Part shown: positions 1-13,200 of the stretch, one piece after another
Layout: each line of letters opens with the position of its first letter
Position numbering within the stretch: position 1 is the first letter of the stretch
Origin: Heptranchias perlo
Lineage: Eukaryota
Assembly: GCF_035084215.1 (NCBI RefSeq)
Contig: NC_090348.1
Location: 43,958,001 to 44,022,000 of the forward strand
Length of the DNA stretch: 64,000 nt
Reading direction: 5' to 3'
Program-made: the position numbers and the translations under genes
Notes under the pieces: model-generated
Database searches by the model: none
What the model was told of the DNA's origin: nothing
The model's input: only the letters and a program-made list of their open reading frames with translations

Positions 1-1103
1 GAGGCAAGAATGTAGGCTGGGACTCTGGAAGCACCCCCTGCTCTTCAAATAGTGCCACAGGATATTTGACATCAACCTGAACAGACAATCAAGACAAATG
101 GGACTTTGATTTAACATCTCCTCCGAAAGTAGACACCTCCAACGATGCAGCACTCCCTCAGTACTGAAGTGTTGGTCCAAGTTATGCTCAGATTTGTGGG
201 TTCAAGCCCCACTCCAAAGGAACACACAGTGGCAGTCTACTGAATTATTATGTTATCTTAAGTCCTATAAAGGGAATTAGCTATGTACTTGTGAGTTTCT
301 ATCCATGTTGCTGGATTTTATACTTAAAACTGACAGACAGGGTACTATGGAAACAGATATCTTCTGTACCACTTCCTCCTAATGCAACAACATGACCAGG
401 GACAGCTGTCCACAGCTTGCAATCGCTCGTCATCATGCCACTAAAGTGGAACGTAATGGTGTCACGTTCGGGTCACTCGAAACAAAATACTGCCTGTAGC
501 TAGAATTTGTTAAAAGTACAACAAGGTAATGCTGATAGATGACAATAAAGATATAGATACCTCCCCATGTAATATTTAGAACTAAGTGACAATTCAATGG
601 AAACCCTTCAGTACAGTGAACAATAGACCTGACTTTTCTATCAAATTTTCTTGTCTCTTTTATTGATAGTATTATGGCCATTGCTGTTCTCAATTTACCT
701 TATTCCTCCTGTACTCCAAATAAGTTGTTTTATACACATTCCTCCTCCCCATCTTGAAAATAAGATTGATTGCACTGCTTCATACTCTAACTCATTCTTT
801 TCATAGTAAGTGTAGCACACGAGGAGGCCATTCGGCACATTGTGCCTGTGCTGGGTCTTTGAAAGAGCTATGGACAAACCATGCAAGTCTTCCCTCACTC
901 TGCCTTCCCTCACTTCTACAACTTATAGTCTTTTGAAGCCTGTGGAGCTGTACCCCAGAAAGGTATCAGGGCTTTCTGGAGAAGAGGGGAGAAAATAGGG
1001 GGAGAATATCTGTGCTGATTTGCTGAGAGTGTTAATGTTTTCATTATCAATGCCTTGCTCGCTAATGTTTTCTTGTCACCCTTGTTGCCTTGTTCTATTA
1101 TAG

Positions 1104-1261
1104 TACCATGCTTTAGGCCTCTTGTATCACATTCGGAAGACTGACCGCTTAGCTGTTACAAAGATGGTAAATAAATTCACAAAGTCTGGTCTGAAATCCC
1201 CATTTGCCTATTGCATGCTGATCCGCATTGCAAGTAAACTCCTAGAGGAGACGGAGGGCGG
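1104..1261 (+). CDS. COPG2: COPG2 coding exon (158 bp)
   Basis: tag|TAC...GG|gtaagt; [52 protein letters not shown]. Confidence 0.93.
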
Positions 1262-4200
1262 GTAAGTTACTCCCTTCTCTGTATTCCTCTCTACCTCACA
1301 TCCCCGACCGCGTTATGTAACAAATTAAATTGACCATTTTGGTGCGAGAATCCAACACTCTCACGGGTTACTATATATCTGAAATACTAAGTTAGATGAT
1401 CAGATTTGGGTCTGGCTATTCAAATCTAAGCAGCCAAGCAGGTTGTGGTCATGTTTTCATGTCTAGCTAAGAGTATAGAGATCTGGAAAACTTTGGGAAT
1501 TAAATTCTCGCCATCATAATTTTAGTGAAATAGTACAAATGATTATGAAGTGAGTTTAAAATTCCATCACTTTATACTTACCACCTGTGAGGATAATAAT
1601 TTCAGCCCCTTTGTTCTTTGACTTTAAATGATTTTAATGGAAAACATTGTTTTTATTTATTTTCTCCGTTCCCTCTGCTCTTGGGATGCTGCCCAGTGAC
1701 TGGTTAGAAGTTGTCGCATAAGGAGAAAGAGCGGCCTCTTCTCCATATAATTTTTAAATTCCACTCCCTTCTAGGAAGGAATTGGTCTCAGCCTGGTTAC
1801 TTTTTTCCTGATGGCAGGTTTGAGACTAGAAACCTGCAAACAGAGTCCCCCATCCCGTGTTGCATCAGGAGAAATTATCTTTTAGTGGTGATCCAATGAA
1901 AAATTGAAGGAGATGGGGAGCCATGAGAACAAAGGCTGAGATTTAAAGCTGAGTTCTTAAGCCCTTTCTTTTGGTAGCCTTTCCCACCAGGAGTGCATAT
2001 CTGAAATTCAGGCATATGTTGTATGTGATCTTCCAAACCATAATAATTGGAAACCATGGTGAGTGTGCCCCTGGATTTCTGATGTAAGCTCCCAGTGTTT
2101 GAGGCTCCCCACAGAAAGTGCAAAGCCAGAAAATTACCCTTAATAGTGTTGAGAAGTTTGGGATTTGGAATCTGTCAGCGTGCTACTGTGCCAACAACTT
2201 GTCAGATGTCCCAGTGTAACTTGTTGACTTAATAAACCTGCAAAATATTGTCACAAAACAAGATACATTGTCAAGTCGGTCATGCGCTTTGGTTAACAAT
2301 GCCTGCCGTGACACTCACCACCAAATTAAATCTGAACAAAACTATGCCCGCAAACCACTGTATGTATAAACTGACAGTGATTACAAGGTATTAATCTCAT
2401 CTGTGGATTCAGACGCCGGTTGTAACCAGCCCAAGCTTTGCCCTCGTTGTTTGAAGTTATCTGACCCCCTCTGTTAGATTACATCTCTTAGTCACTTACA
2501 GGGGTCCATATTTCCTGATTCTGTTGGTACTGACCCTGGAATCTTTTATGACCTAACAGGCAGGACAGTCCCTTGTTTGATTTCATCGAAGGCTGCTTAC
2601 GCAACAAACATGAAATGGTTGTCTTTGAAGCAGCATCAGCCATTGTCCATCTACCTAACTGCACTGCTAGGGAATTGGCACCAGCTGTCTCGGGTAAGCA
2701 CTTTTTAAACTGTTAGCACAGGCAGGTATGGGTTAACCGTGTTAGATGCAAGGGTTTTATAATACAGGTATAACACAAAACAGCTCATTACAGCAGGATA
2801 ATGCATGATTCATTGATATGTCTCATCAAAAGTTCTAAAAATCTATGAGAGACATGTTTGAAAACTGTGGTTCCCTTGATGGATTCATTGTGTAAACGCA
2901 TAGTCCGGCAGTCAGACATACAGGACAGGGAGAACCTATGTTCAATCCCTGGTCTATGAAAGATTAACTGATGTTGCCTGGGGCAGCAATGGGGATCCTA
3001 CAATTGGTTTTCATGTCCCTGGGCTAAGGAGAGGAAAAAAGCAGCAAGAACTTTGGCTGAACATTATTCAGGCAATGACCATCTCCAACAAGAGAGAGTC
3101 TAATCACCTCGCTTTGACATTCAACGGCATTACCATCGCCGAATCCCCCACCATCAACATCCTGGGGGTCACCATTGACCAGAAACTTAACTGGACCAGC
3201 CATATAAATACTGTGGCTACAAGAGCAGGTCAGAGGCTGGGTATTCTGCGGCAAGTGACTCACCTCCTGACTCCATCATCTACAAGGCACAAATCAGGAG
3301 TGTGATTGAATACTCTCCACTTGCCTGGATGAGTACAGCTCCAACAACACTCAAGAAGCTCGACACCATCCAGGACAAAGCAGCCCGCATGATTGGCACC
3401 CCATCCACCACCCTAAACATTCACTCCCTTCACCACCAGCGCACCATGGCTGCAGTGTGTACCGTCTACAGGATGCACTGCTGCACCTCCCAAACCCACG
3501 ACCTCTACCACCTAGAAGGACAAGGGCAGCAGGCACATGGGAACAACACCACCTGCACGTTCTCCTCCAAGTCACACACCATCTCGACTTAGAAATATAT
3601 CGCCGTTCCTTCATCATCGCTGGGTCAAAATCCTGGAACTCCCTACCTAACACCACTATGGGAGAACCTTCACCACACAGACTGCAGCGGTTCAAGAAGA
3701 CGGCTCACCACCACCTTCTCAAGGGCAGTTAGGAATGGGCAATAAATGCTGGCCTTGCCAGCGACGCCCACATCACATGAACAAATTTTTTTTTAAATGT
3801 ATCAGTGACATCAGTGTCTTTATGATAGGAAAGGAAGGAATCAGTCATACTTTCCATTTCTGATTATTATCCAGTGGCCCTTTTGCAAGACTGCAAGCCT
3901 AGAGTGAAAACGGGATCTGACCTAGCTTTGATTACATAGAATGTACAGCACAGAAACAGGCCATTCGGCCCAACAGGTCCATGCTCCATATGAGCCTCCT
4001 CCCACCTTACTTCATCTAACCCTATCAGCATATCCTTCTATTCCTTTCTTTCTCATGTGTTTATCCAGCTTCCCCTTAAATGCATCTACGCTATTCGCCG
4101 CAACTACTCCTTGTAGTAGTGAGTTCCACATTCTAACCACTCTTAGGGTAAAGAAGTTTCTCCTAAATTCCCTATTGCTTTTATTGGAATTGTCTTATAT

Positions 4201-7200
4201 TTATGGCCCCTAGTGCTGGTCTCACCCGCAAGTGGAAACATCATCTCTATGTCTTTGATATCCCTCCATGATTGAATAGTGTGCCAGTGTTCACTTGAAA
4301 TTCATGTGAAGAATGGCTGAGGTTCTAGAGGGCTGTCAGTACTCACACAACTGTACCCCAGCCTTCGGTTGAGGTGAGGATAACATTAGGGGTAAAAGCT
4401 CCGGAGCTCTCTGGACCTAGTCTTGTGACTATTGGAATGTCATCTGTTGAACACTGTGGTTCTAGGTTGAGTAATGTTAGACTAATGATATAGCATGTTT
4501 GGTCAGTTGCGTTTGGAGTTGGAGGAATTTCAGAGTTATCTGGTTTTGGAAATTTTTCCTGTGATGAATTGCCTTCCTCGAGAAATTAAATAATTATTAC
4601 GAGAGCCTCTGCCTCCTTATCCTTTAGAAGAAGCAGGCTTGTTAGGCCAAATGGCCTTTGCTTGTATGCTTGCTTAGTTTTAAATTGATAATCTGTGTTG
4701 GTATATGAATTTTGGCCTATTCTTTCTTACTATTTTGTAAAGTTGAATTAACTTTTTAATTTTACATTTAAACAGTGCTCCAACTTTTCTGTAGTTCTTC
4801 CAAACCAGCACTGCGATTTGCTGCTGTTAGAACCCTCAACAAAGTAAGTTTACAGTCATGTTTTTTCAAAATATAGATAATGTTTGTGAATTTTAAAAAT
4901 GTATTAGATTGCTGAACCAATCTTTGTATAAACTGTTTGGCTTTGTTGGTACAACTGTCATTTTTAGATTAAATATTTTTCTTATAATTTTTTTTTTTGA
5001 CCAGCCAGTTATCTGACGTGCCCAGAAAACCCGTCGCCATATTTGAGCCTCCAAACCAAGCCACTGAGAAATCCACATAGTAGAGTTTGTCTTTGCCTGA
5101 ACGGAATGTACTCTCTCTCCCCATAAGGGACGCACCCCACTTCATAAGTCCCGAGAGCTCAGCTGCAGGTTGGAAGAGCTGAGACTTGGGGATCCCAGAG
5201 TGTACGCCGAGAGGTATTGCTACAGTTTAATCAGCTAAAACTGGACAGCTTACCAATACAGAGCATTAGTAAGCTTCCTGCTGTTTGACCAGCTAGGATC
5301 ATGCTACCCATTATGGCATTGGCCCGTAGGGTTATTTGGAGCCGACCGGAAAGCATCGCAGCCTCCTGTGACAGGCCTACCACACGAGGTTTCGTCAGTG
5401 AGCTAGACTGGCTGATCACTTATCCACAATGGCCTGGAGTATTGCAGACCTATCTGGTTAGGTACTGAGTTACTGAAGATGTCGCCAGTGGTTGACTTGG
5501 TTCTGAACTTCCATTGCCAGATGTATCAACTTGGCCAGATGTGTCAACTTGAAGCCACCTTGACCCCATGGAGCCCCTAGTTACTCTTGTGAAATACTGG
5601 GTTCAGTGGAATCGGATAGCTAAGAAATGGATTGAGTGAAACAATGGCGAGAAACATGATCCTCTGTGCACTGAGTTCCTGATCTGAGCCCTGGAGTAGC
5701 AACACATTAAAGCTAGGAGTGTCCCTGTAGGGAAGATCATCCAAAGGCTTGCATACCTACCAGTGGCCCATTGCAGAGCAGAATTGGAAAATGGCCAGGA
5801 AGTCATGAGGTATGGCATGGAAGCAAGGGAGAAAGTGTTTAGTTTGAAAAATACATACAGCTAGCTATGTTGTAATTTTAGTAAAATAGATTCTTGTTTT
5901 TGTTTTTAAATAATGGCCTTGCTCTTCTTTGTGGAAACTTCAGAAATGTTTAGAAACCATCTCTTAAGCCCTGGGATCTTTGGTTTTGTTTCCTGGAAGG
6001 TTGCAATGAAGCACCCGTCTGCCGTGACTGCCTGTAACCTGGACCTAGAGAACCTGATCACAGACTCGAACCGCAGCATCGCCACACTAGCCATCACTAC
6101 GCTGCTGAAAACAGGCAGTGAGAGTAGCGTTGATCGGCTCATGAAGCAGATTTCAACCTTCGTGTCTGAAATATCCGACGAATTTAAGGTCAAACTCTCA
6201 GGAAATTCCTGTCCAGCAGTGGGTCCAATGAACAGGGCTCTTCACACTCAGATTTTATTCGGTTTTTAAATTCCCCAGGAATTCTTCAGTTTCATTTTAA
6301 AGAATATTACATTTTCAAGTGAAATGGAGAAAATCTTTGTCCTTGAAATTATACTGTGGGATGCTGGCGTACCAATACTTAGTCAAATGTTCCTCCCTTT
6401 ATTACCTTAGCAGAAGTGCTAACCTGTTTGTTTAACCGGGTTAACAACACCACTAAAGTAGAGCAACCAATTTCAGATGAGCGGGTCGATATGCTAGTAT
6501 CCCACAGCATCGCTTCAGGAACAGATATTTTCCAAAATACTCACTGGAGGATGTAATGTGCTTTAAAATAAAAACAGAAAAGCTCCTGGGAAATCTTGTA
6601 CTGCTTCATATAGAGCTCTTTTTCAAGAATATTGTTGTAATTTCATTATTTTACTTAAGTATTCAAGAGATGAGACGGTTCAGATCTCCACAGGCAACCA
6701 AAAAAAGGCATAGTGATCTTGGAGTCTCAATTGTGGAAATGCTAGAAACAGACATAAAAACACAAAATCCTGAATTACACAGCAGGTCTGTCAGCACCTG
6801 AAAACAGAAAAGATGGGTTGTTATTTTGGGTATAGGCTTTTCAGCACAGTTGGTCTACATCAAAAATATTAGCACATACTTTCTCTTTATAGAAATATAC
6901 TATATTTTCTTTTTGGGAAAAAAATGCTGAAGGGCCTGCTTAATATTTCCAGGATTTTTTAAAATTTCATTATGGGCATGCTTTCTTCAGTAGAAAACGG
7001 GCACAGCGGCAGCCTACCTGTCATCGATGTGGCACAGCGGCTGCCTACCCGTCGTTCACATTTGACTCTCATATTTTGAAATGTGAATGTTTTAAGATAG
7101 TCTGATACTGGACAGAAACAAAAAAGAAAAGTATCCTCTTGCTAGAGCTATTATCTGCATCATGATTTACATTTGTCGTTAAGCTCCTCGAGAGTCAGTT

Positions 7201-10200
7201 ACAACTAGATTAGATAAACGTCAAGGTCAGGGTAATGAATAGAGAAATGTTTGTGAGATGGAGAGAGTAAGTGGAATATTTGTCACAGAGTATTGATTGC
7301 AGCTGTGTTTATCCAATGCTGTTTAGGTGGTTGTGGTGGAGGCAATCAGTGCGCTTTGCCAGAAATATCCTCGCAAGCACAGTGTTATGATGAACTTCCT
7401 CTCCAACATGCTGAGGGATGAGGTGAGCTTTAATCCTGGCATTGTACTCGTGCACAATTTGGGGTTACACACAATTATGAATGGTGCCTTCAGAATATCC
7501 GTACTGCAGTTGGACTAGGAATAATTAAATTTGATTCTGCTAAAAGATGAAATGCACTGTTAAGCATGCAGACTTTTTTCTGTCGGCTGCTTTCAGTTAT
7601 ATGATTAAAGGTTTTGCCCATTTCATTGTATATTTGTGTCTAGGGTGGATTTGAGTACAAACGAGCCATCGTCGACTGCATAATCAATATAATCGAGGAG
7701 AATCCAGAGAGTAAAGAAACTGGCCTGGCCCATTTGTGTGAATTTATCGAAGACTGTGAGCATACTGTTCTGGCCACTCGTATACTCCACCTGCTGGGCA
7801 GGGAAGCGCCCAAGACCCCAGTTCCTTCCAAGTACATTCGGTTTATATTCAACAGAGTGGTGTTGGAGAACGAGGCAGTGAGAGCTGGTATGTGAGATCT
7901 AGTACAATGTAATATTTTAAATTGCCTGTTCAGTTTTCGGCTGTTAGAGTTTGTGGTGCATTCCTTTTCCCTTCTCTCTTGTGTTTTTTATGGTAAGCAG
8001 ACCATATTTTAGATTATTGTCTCCTCTCCCAACTATAATTCCCATGTTATGAGTTTCCAAATTTAACTGTCCTACCTAAACGTTAGCGGTGCTTCAGAAA
8101 GAAGGATGGGAATTAGAGAGCAACTCTTCTGTCCATCCCTTGCTCAAGAGAGCCAAGTGCAGATAATAAAAACCAATGGAATGGAGAGGATGAGTAAAAC
8201 CTTTCTGGCCCTTTAATCCTATTTTCTTTCTATTCTTCCAGCTCCACTTCCTGCACTAACTGTGCAGCTAGCCATATCACAAACGTTGTCCAACTCATTC
8301 ACCTTGATGAAGCAGGTGGCCAATTCCAAGCAAAACCTTCCAATGTCTCAAGCTTCATTATGAATCCTGAATATAATCCAGGGTACAGGTTTCCTTGCCG
8401 AACTGCTGGTTGGGGAATGGTGCGTCGGTGGTGGGGGGGGGGGGTGGAAAGCCACCACTCCCAACAAATTGGCAAATGTTACTTCAAAGGGGTTTGTGGG
8501 AGAAACTAAAGGGCTTGGACGTACAGCAGCACATAGTTACAGTAAAATCTGCCATTTAAATCACACCTCAGTATTTAGAGGATGCAGTCATGAAGAAGAT
8601 ATGATGTGGAGATGCCGGTGATGGACTGGGGTTGACAATTGTAAACAATTTTACAACACCAAGTTATAGTCCAACAATTTTATTTTTAATCCCACAAGCT
8701 TTCGGGGGCTTTCCCCTTCCTCAGGCGGTGTGGAAACGCCGCCTGAGGAAGGGGAAAGCCCCCGAAAGCTTGTGGGATTAAAAATAAAATTGTTGGACTA
8801 TAACTTGGTGTTGTAAAATTGTTTACAAATGAAGAAGATACAACTTAGACTCCAAACTTTAAAGTAAATTTACTTTACAAAAACCATGTCAAATCATCCT
8901 TAGTGTATTTCAATATGTAGTGTTTTTGCTATTTATTGTTGTGCGTGATCTTTTAAGCAGTTTGCTATTGCATTTTCTGCCTACAGCTGCTGTCAGTGCA
9001 TTAGCTAAGTTTGGAGCCCAGAATGAGGAGCTGCTTCCAAGTGTCTTGGTTCTTTTACAGAGGTGAGAATGACACCATCCACCTGGTGTTGGCTTTCCCT
9101 TGTTTAAAAGAATGTCTGATTAGCAGAGTTTAGAAAGTGCTGATGTTGATATTTAAAGCCCTAGAGTTATCTCGATGCCCAGAGTGTTGGAGAACCGATG
9201 AGTAGTGGCATGGAGTGATGGTTTTATTTAACTTTATTCATCTTTACCACTCAACCTGTTGTTTCTTGATATACCAAGCAAGGAGCAGATGCTGAAATGG
9301 GACAGCTAGGGTACTAGACAGATGGACTTCAGTGGCTCAAATGGCCATTTCTCATGTGCTTAGAAGGCTACCCATACTGGAGAATCAGGGGAAAGAATTG
9401 CTCCAGGATAGCCATTCAACTGCCTCCTCAAGCAGCAAAAGGTGTTTGGGTCAGGGAGACCAGAGAAAATAAATGGGCTATTTTTTTTTAAAAATGATTA
9501 AAATAAATGGTCACTGAAATCCCTATTTCATTGGGAAGGGGTAGGGAATCACAATTTACTTTTCCAGATGTTAAAAATGACTTTTTTCGGAATAATTCCA
9601 CACAAGTGTATTTTTTTTTTGTGGCGAGGAGGGAGAGCAGGTTTTAGGCTATGATATACTGTACATTCCTACTATTGAGTAGTTTTGAGATTGTAGAGTT
9701 TTAAGCAGTATTGCATGCTTTGATTGATTACTCCGAATGATTGTCAGATTCAGATCTGCTACATTTTTTTGCTCTGTTATTGTCCAGTTGCATGTTGTAA
9801 AGAATTTCACAAATGAGACTGGGTGGTGTACATAAGAACATAAGAAATAGGAGCAGGAGTAAGCCAATCGGCCCCTCGAGCCTGCTCCGCCATTCAATAA
9901 GGTCATGGCTGATCTGATCCTAACCTCAAATCTAAATTCATGTCCAATTTCCTGCCCGCTCCCCGTAACCCCTAATTCCCTTTACTTCTAGGAAACTGTC
10001 TATTTCTGTTTTAAATTTATTTAATGATGTAGCTTCCACAGCTTCATGGGGCAGCAAATTCCACAGACCTACTACCCTCTGAGTGAAGAAGTTTCTCCTC
10101 ATCTCAGTTTTCAAAGAGCAGCCCCTTATTCTAAGATTATGCCCCCTAGTTCTAGTTTCACCCATCCTTGGGAACATCCTTACCACATCCACCCGATCAA

Positions 10201-13200
10201 GCTCCTTCACAATCTTATATGTTTCAATAAGATCGCCTCTCATTCTTCTGAACTCCAATGAGTAGAGTCCCAATCTACTCAACCTCTCCTCGTATGTCCG
10301 CCCCCTCATCTCCAGGATTAACCGAGTGAACCTTCTTTGTACTGCCTCGAGAGCAAGTATGTCTTTTCTTAAGTATGGAGACCAAAACTGTATGCAGTAT
10401 TCCAGGTGCGGTCTCACCAATACCTTATATAACTGCAGCAATACCTCCCTGTTTTTATATTCTAAATAGCTGGTTAGCACTCTGCCCTTTCACTTCCAGG
10501 ACCTCAGCCCAGTCAAGCTCAATGAGCATGAGTTGCTTGTTAAATCTCCCATCATTTTGGGTCATTAATTTGCAAAAGTAGAATGTGAATCTGAAACCTT
10601 CCACCTCACAGGTGTATGATGGACTGTGACGACGAAGTCCGTGATCGTGCAACTTTCTACGTGAATGTATTACAGCAACGGCAGAAAGTTCTCAATGCGA
10701 CCTATATTTTTAATGGTGAGTGGGTAATTATTCTGAAAGAATGTACACTGCCTGAATTCTGGATGTTTTCGGGCGGGGTGGAGTGGTGTGAGACCATTCT
10801 CACTTCCTTCAACATTAGCTAACTTTCGACCACTGAATGAAGTGTTGCAGTGGCTGATAAACGTAGTTTCAGGCCCACCGCAGGGATAGATGTTCAGAGC
10901 CCCCCAAACCCCACCCTCCTATTGATGAGATAGACTTTCAGGACTTCAGCCCTGTCACTAGCTGGAGGGGCTAATCACAGCATCACAGGTTTACATAGGT
11001 AATTCCCATTTATAAATATAGGAATTTATAATGAAAATATTAATATAAGGACAGAATATATGACGAAAATAGAGATTGAATTATGCCTGCACGCTTGAGT
11101 TGCCAACTCTCCAGCAATTAAACATTGATCTCCGGGACACTGGTGCGAGCAACCCAGGAGAGAAATCATAGGAATGTATTAAAAAAATGATGTTTTATTA
11201 CATTTTCTTTAAATACTTTTGTTGATTAGTTATAAAAATATTAGAGATGGGGGAAAAAGGCTGTTTGGATGATTCTTGACTGGTAGTCAGTCTGTTCACT
11301 TTCCGATTTGGTGCGGGAAGGCGGTGCACCGTGAGGATGGTTGTGTCGGGTGACTGGTGATGGGGGGGGGGGGGGAGAGAGAGGAGGAAGGAGGTCGTGA
11401 TGAAACCAGAGTTGGCAACAGTGCTGCACGCTGTGGTCCAATTATCCCTAGCCTTCTAACGCTGTTTCACCTGAACACTATACTTGCTCTTTACTCCCCA
11501 TGGGAGAACAACTATATTATATATTTATTTTTTTCTCTGTTGGGGGATAGTTGATAGATTTGGCAGTTCTACTGAGAAATAGTGCAGTGTTAAGTATCAC
11601 ATAAATATTTATTATGTTTCCAATGTCGCTCAACTGAACATGAGCTAAAATTAATAAGTCATATTTCAGGGTATCATTTTAAATGTATCTGGCATATTGA
11701 CAATTAAATATTAAAGGGGAGTGATTATATTTTTGCATTATTTTTTGCAGGTTTGTCCGTCTCCATTCCAGGACTGGAACGAGCTTTACATCAGTATACC
11801 CTGGAACCTTCGGATAAACCCTTCGACATGAAGTCCGTGCCCCTGGCCACTGCTGTTACTGTTGAGCAGAAAGCTGGTAGGATGTTGAGCAGAGTGACCT
11901 GCTGTTTACTATTGTGGTAAAAGGGTGAATTTTACTAACTGGCAAATCGTGAACCATATCCTCCTCTCTTTTCCCCCCCCCCAATTCATTCAGCTGGAAG
12001 ATTCAAATGTCTCACAGCCCAGGTGCTCATTCACCCTATCAAGTGGTTACTGTGAGCACTAAGGTGCCAGGCTGTTTTGGAACATTGTTTTCAGAATGTA
12101 ATTTTAAGCAATTATTTTAAATTTGATTGATTACCATATCATGTGTCTGTTTTAGACTCATTTGAAAAAAAAATGGGCAGCATGGTTGACAGGCTGGTGT
12201 TGTAAGGTAATGGGGTAGCCTAGTAATAGTTGTGATTATAGTTCTGCATTCTTGGATTGTTTCTGCAGTGCAAAATAGAATAAATCTGCCTTTGCCTGTG
12301 TTATCCCTGCAGAAATTGCACCTGTTACCAGTAAACAGCCAGAGAAGATTGCACCATTGCGCCAAGACATATTCCAAGGTAAAAAAAAGTTTAATCTTTG
12401 ACTACAAGATGTTCTATAGCTTTATTCCATTCTTTTTTTCTTGTATTTAGACACTGTCCATTCTTCAGGGGTGATCCTGTTCTTAGGAAGTCCCTAGCTT
12501 CTGGTTAATACGTTCCCACTGTAACAGTGCTGCTGTATGGGGGTCGATGGTCATGAATTTGCAGCCTGATTCTTCTCTGTATTAAGGTTTTTATTTGTTA
12601 GAATCCCTTCCATTGATGTTGAGAATGGGGCTGTGGATAATAAGGGGTGATCTAAATGAAATGAAACTGGTGGGTAAGATGGGAGCTGGCTATCGTGTAC
12701 CTGGTGATGAGTATCTTGTAGTGTGGGGTGAAATATACTGGGTGTTCTTTCAGCACTCTTGTTACTTTTCTGTTGGAAATATTTATACACAGAACAACTG
12801 GCAGCCATTCCAGAATTCAAGCACCTCGGGCCACTCTTCAAGTCCTCGGCACCAGTACAGCTCACAGAAGCAGAGACTGAATATGTGGTTCGTTGCATCA
12901 AGCACACATTCAAAAAACATATGGTGTTTCAGGTAATTACTGTCTTTAGCTTTTAAATTCTATATTAAGCTCATTGAATTGAAGGCGAATTATTGACCTG
13001 GTTAGGAGGTTGGTTAGGCCATAGAAGACAGAGAGTAGGGATAATTGGTATGTACTCGAATTGGAAGGAAGTGACTAGTGGTGTCCCACAAGTATCTGTG
13101 CTGGGGCCTCAACTATTCACTCTAGTTATTAGTGACGTAAATAACACAATAGAGAGTCATATATCCAAGTTTGCCGATGACACAAAGATTGGTGGCATGG

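Noticed and set aside
4990-5820. GC-richer intronic block, possibly a decayed DNA transposon
   Set aside because: No TIR, TSD or second copy found in the window, so it was left unannotated.
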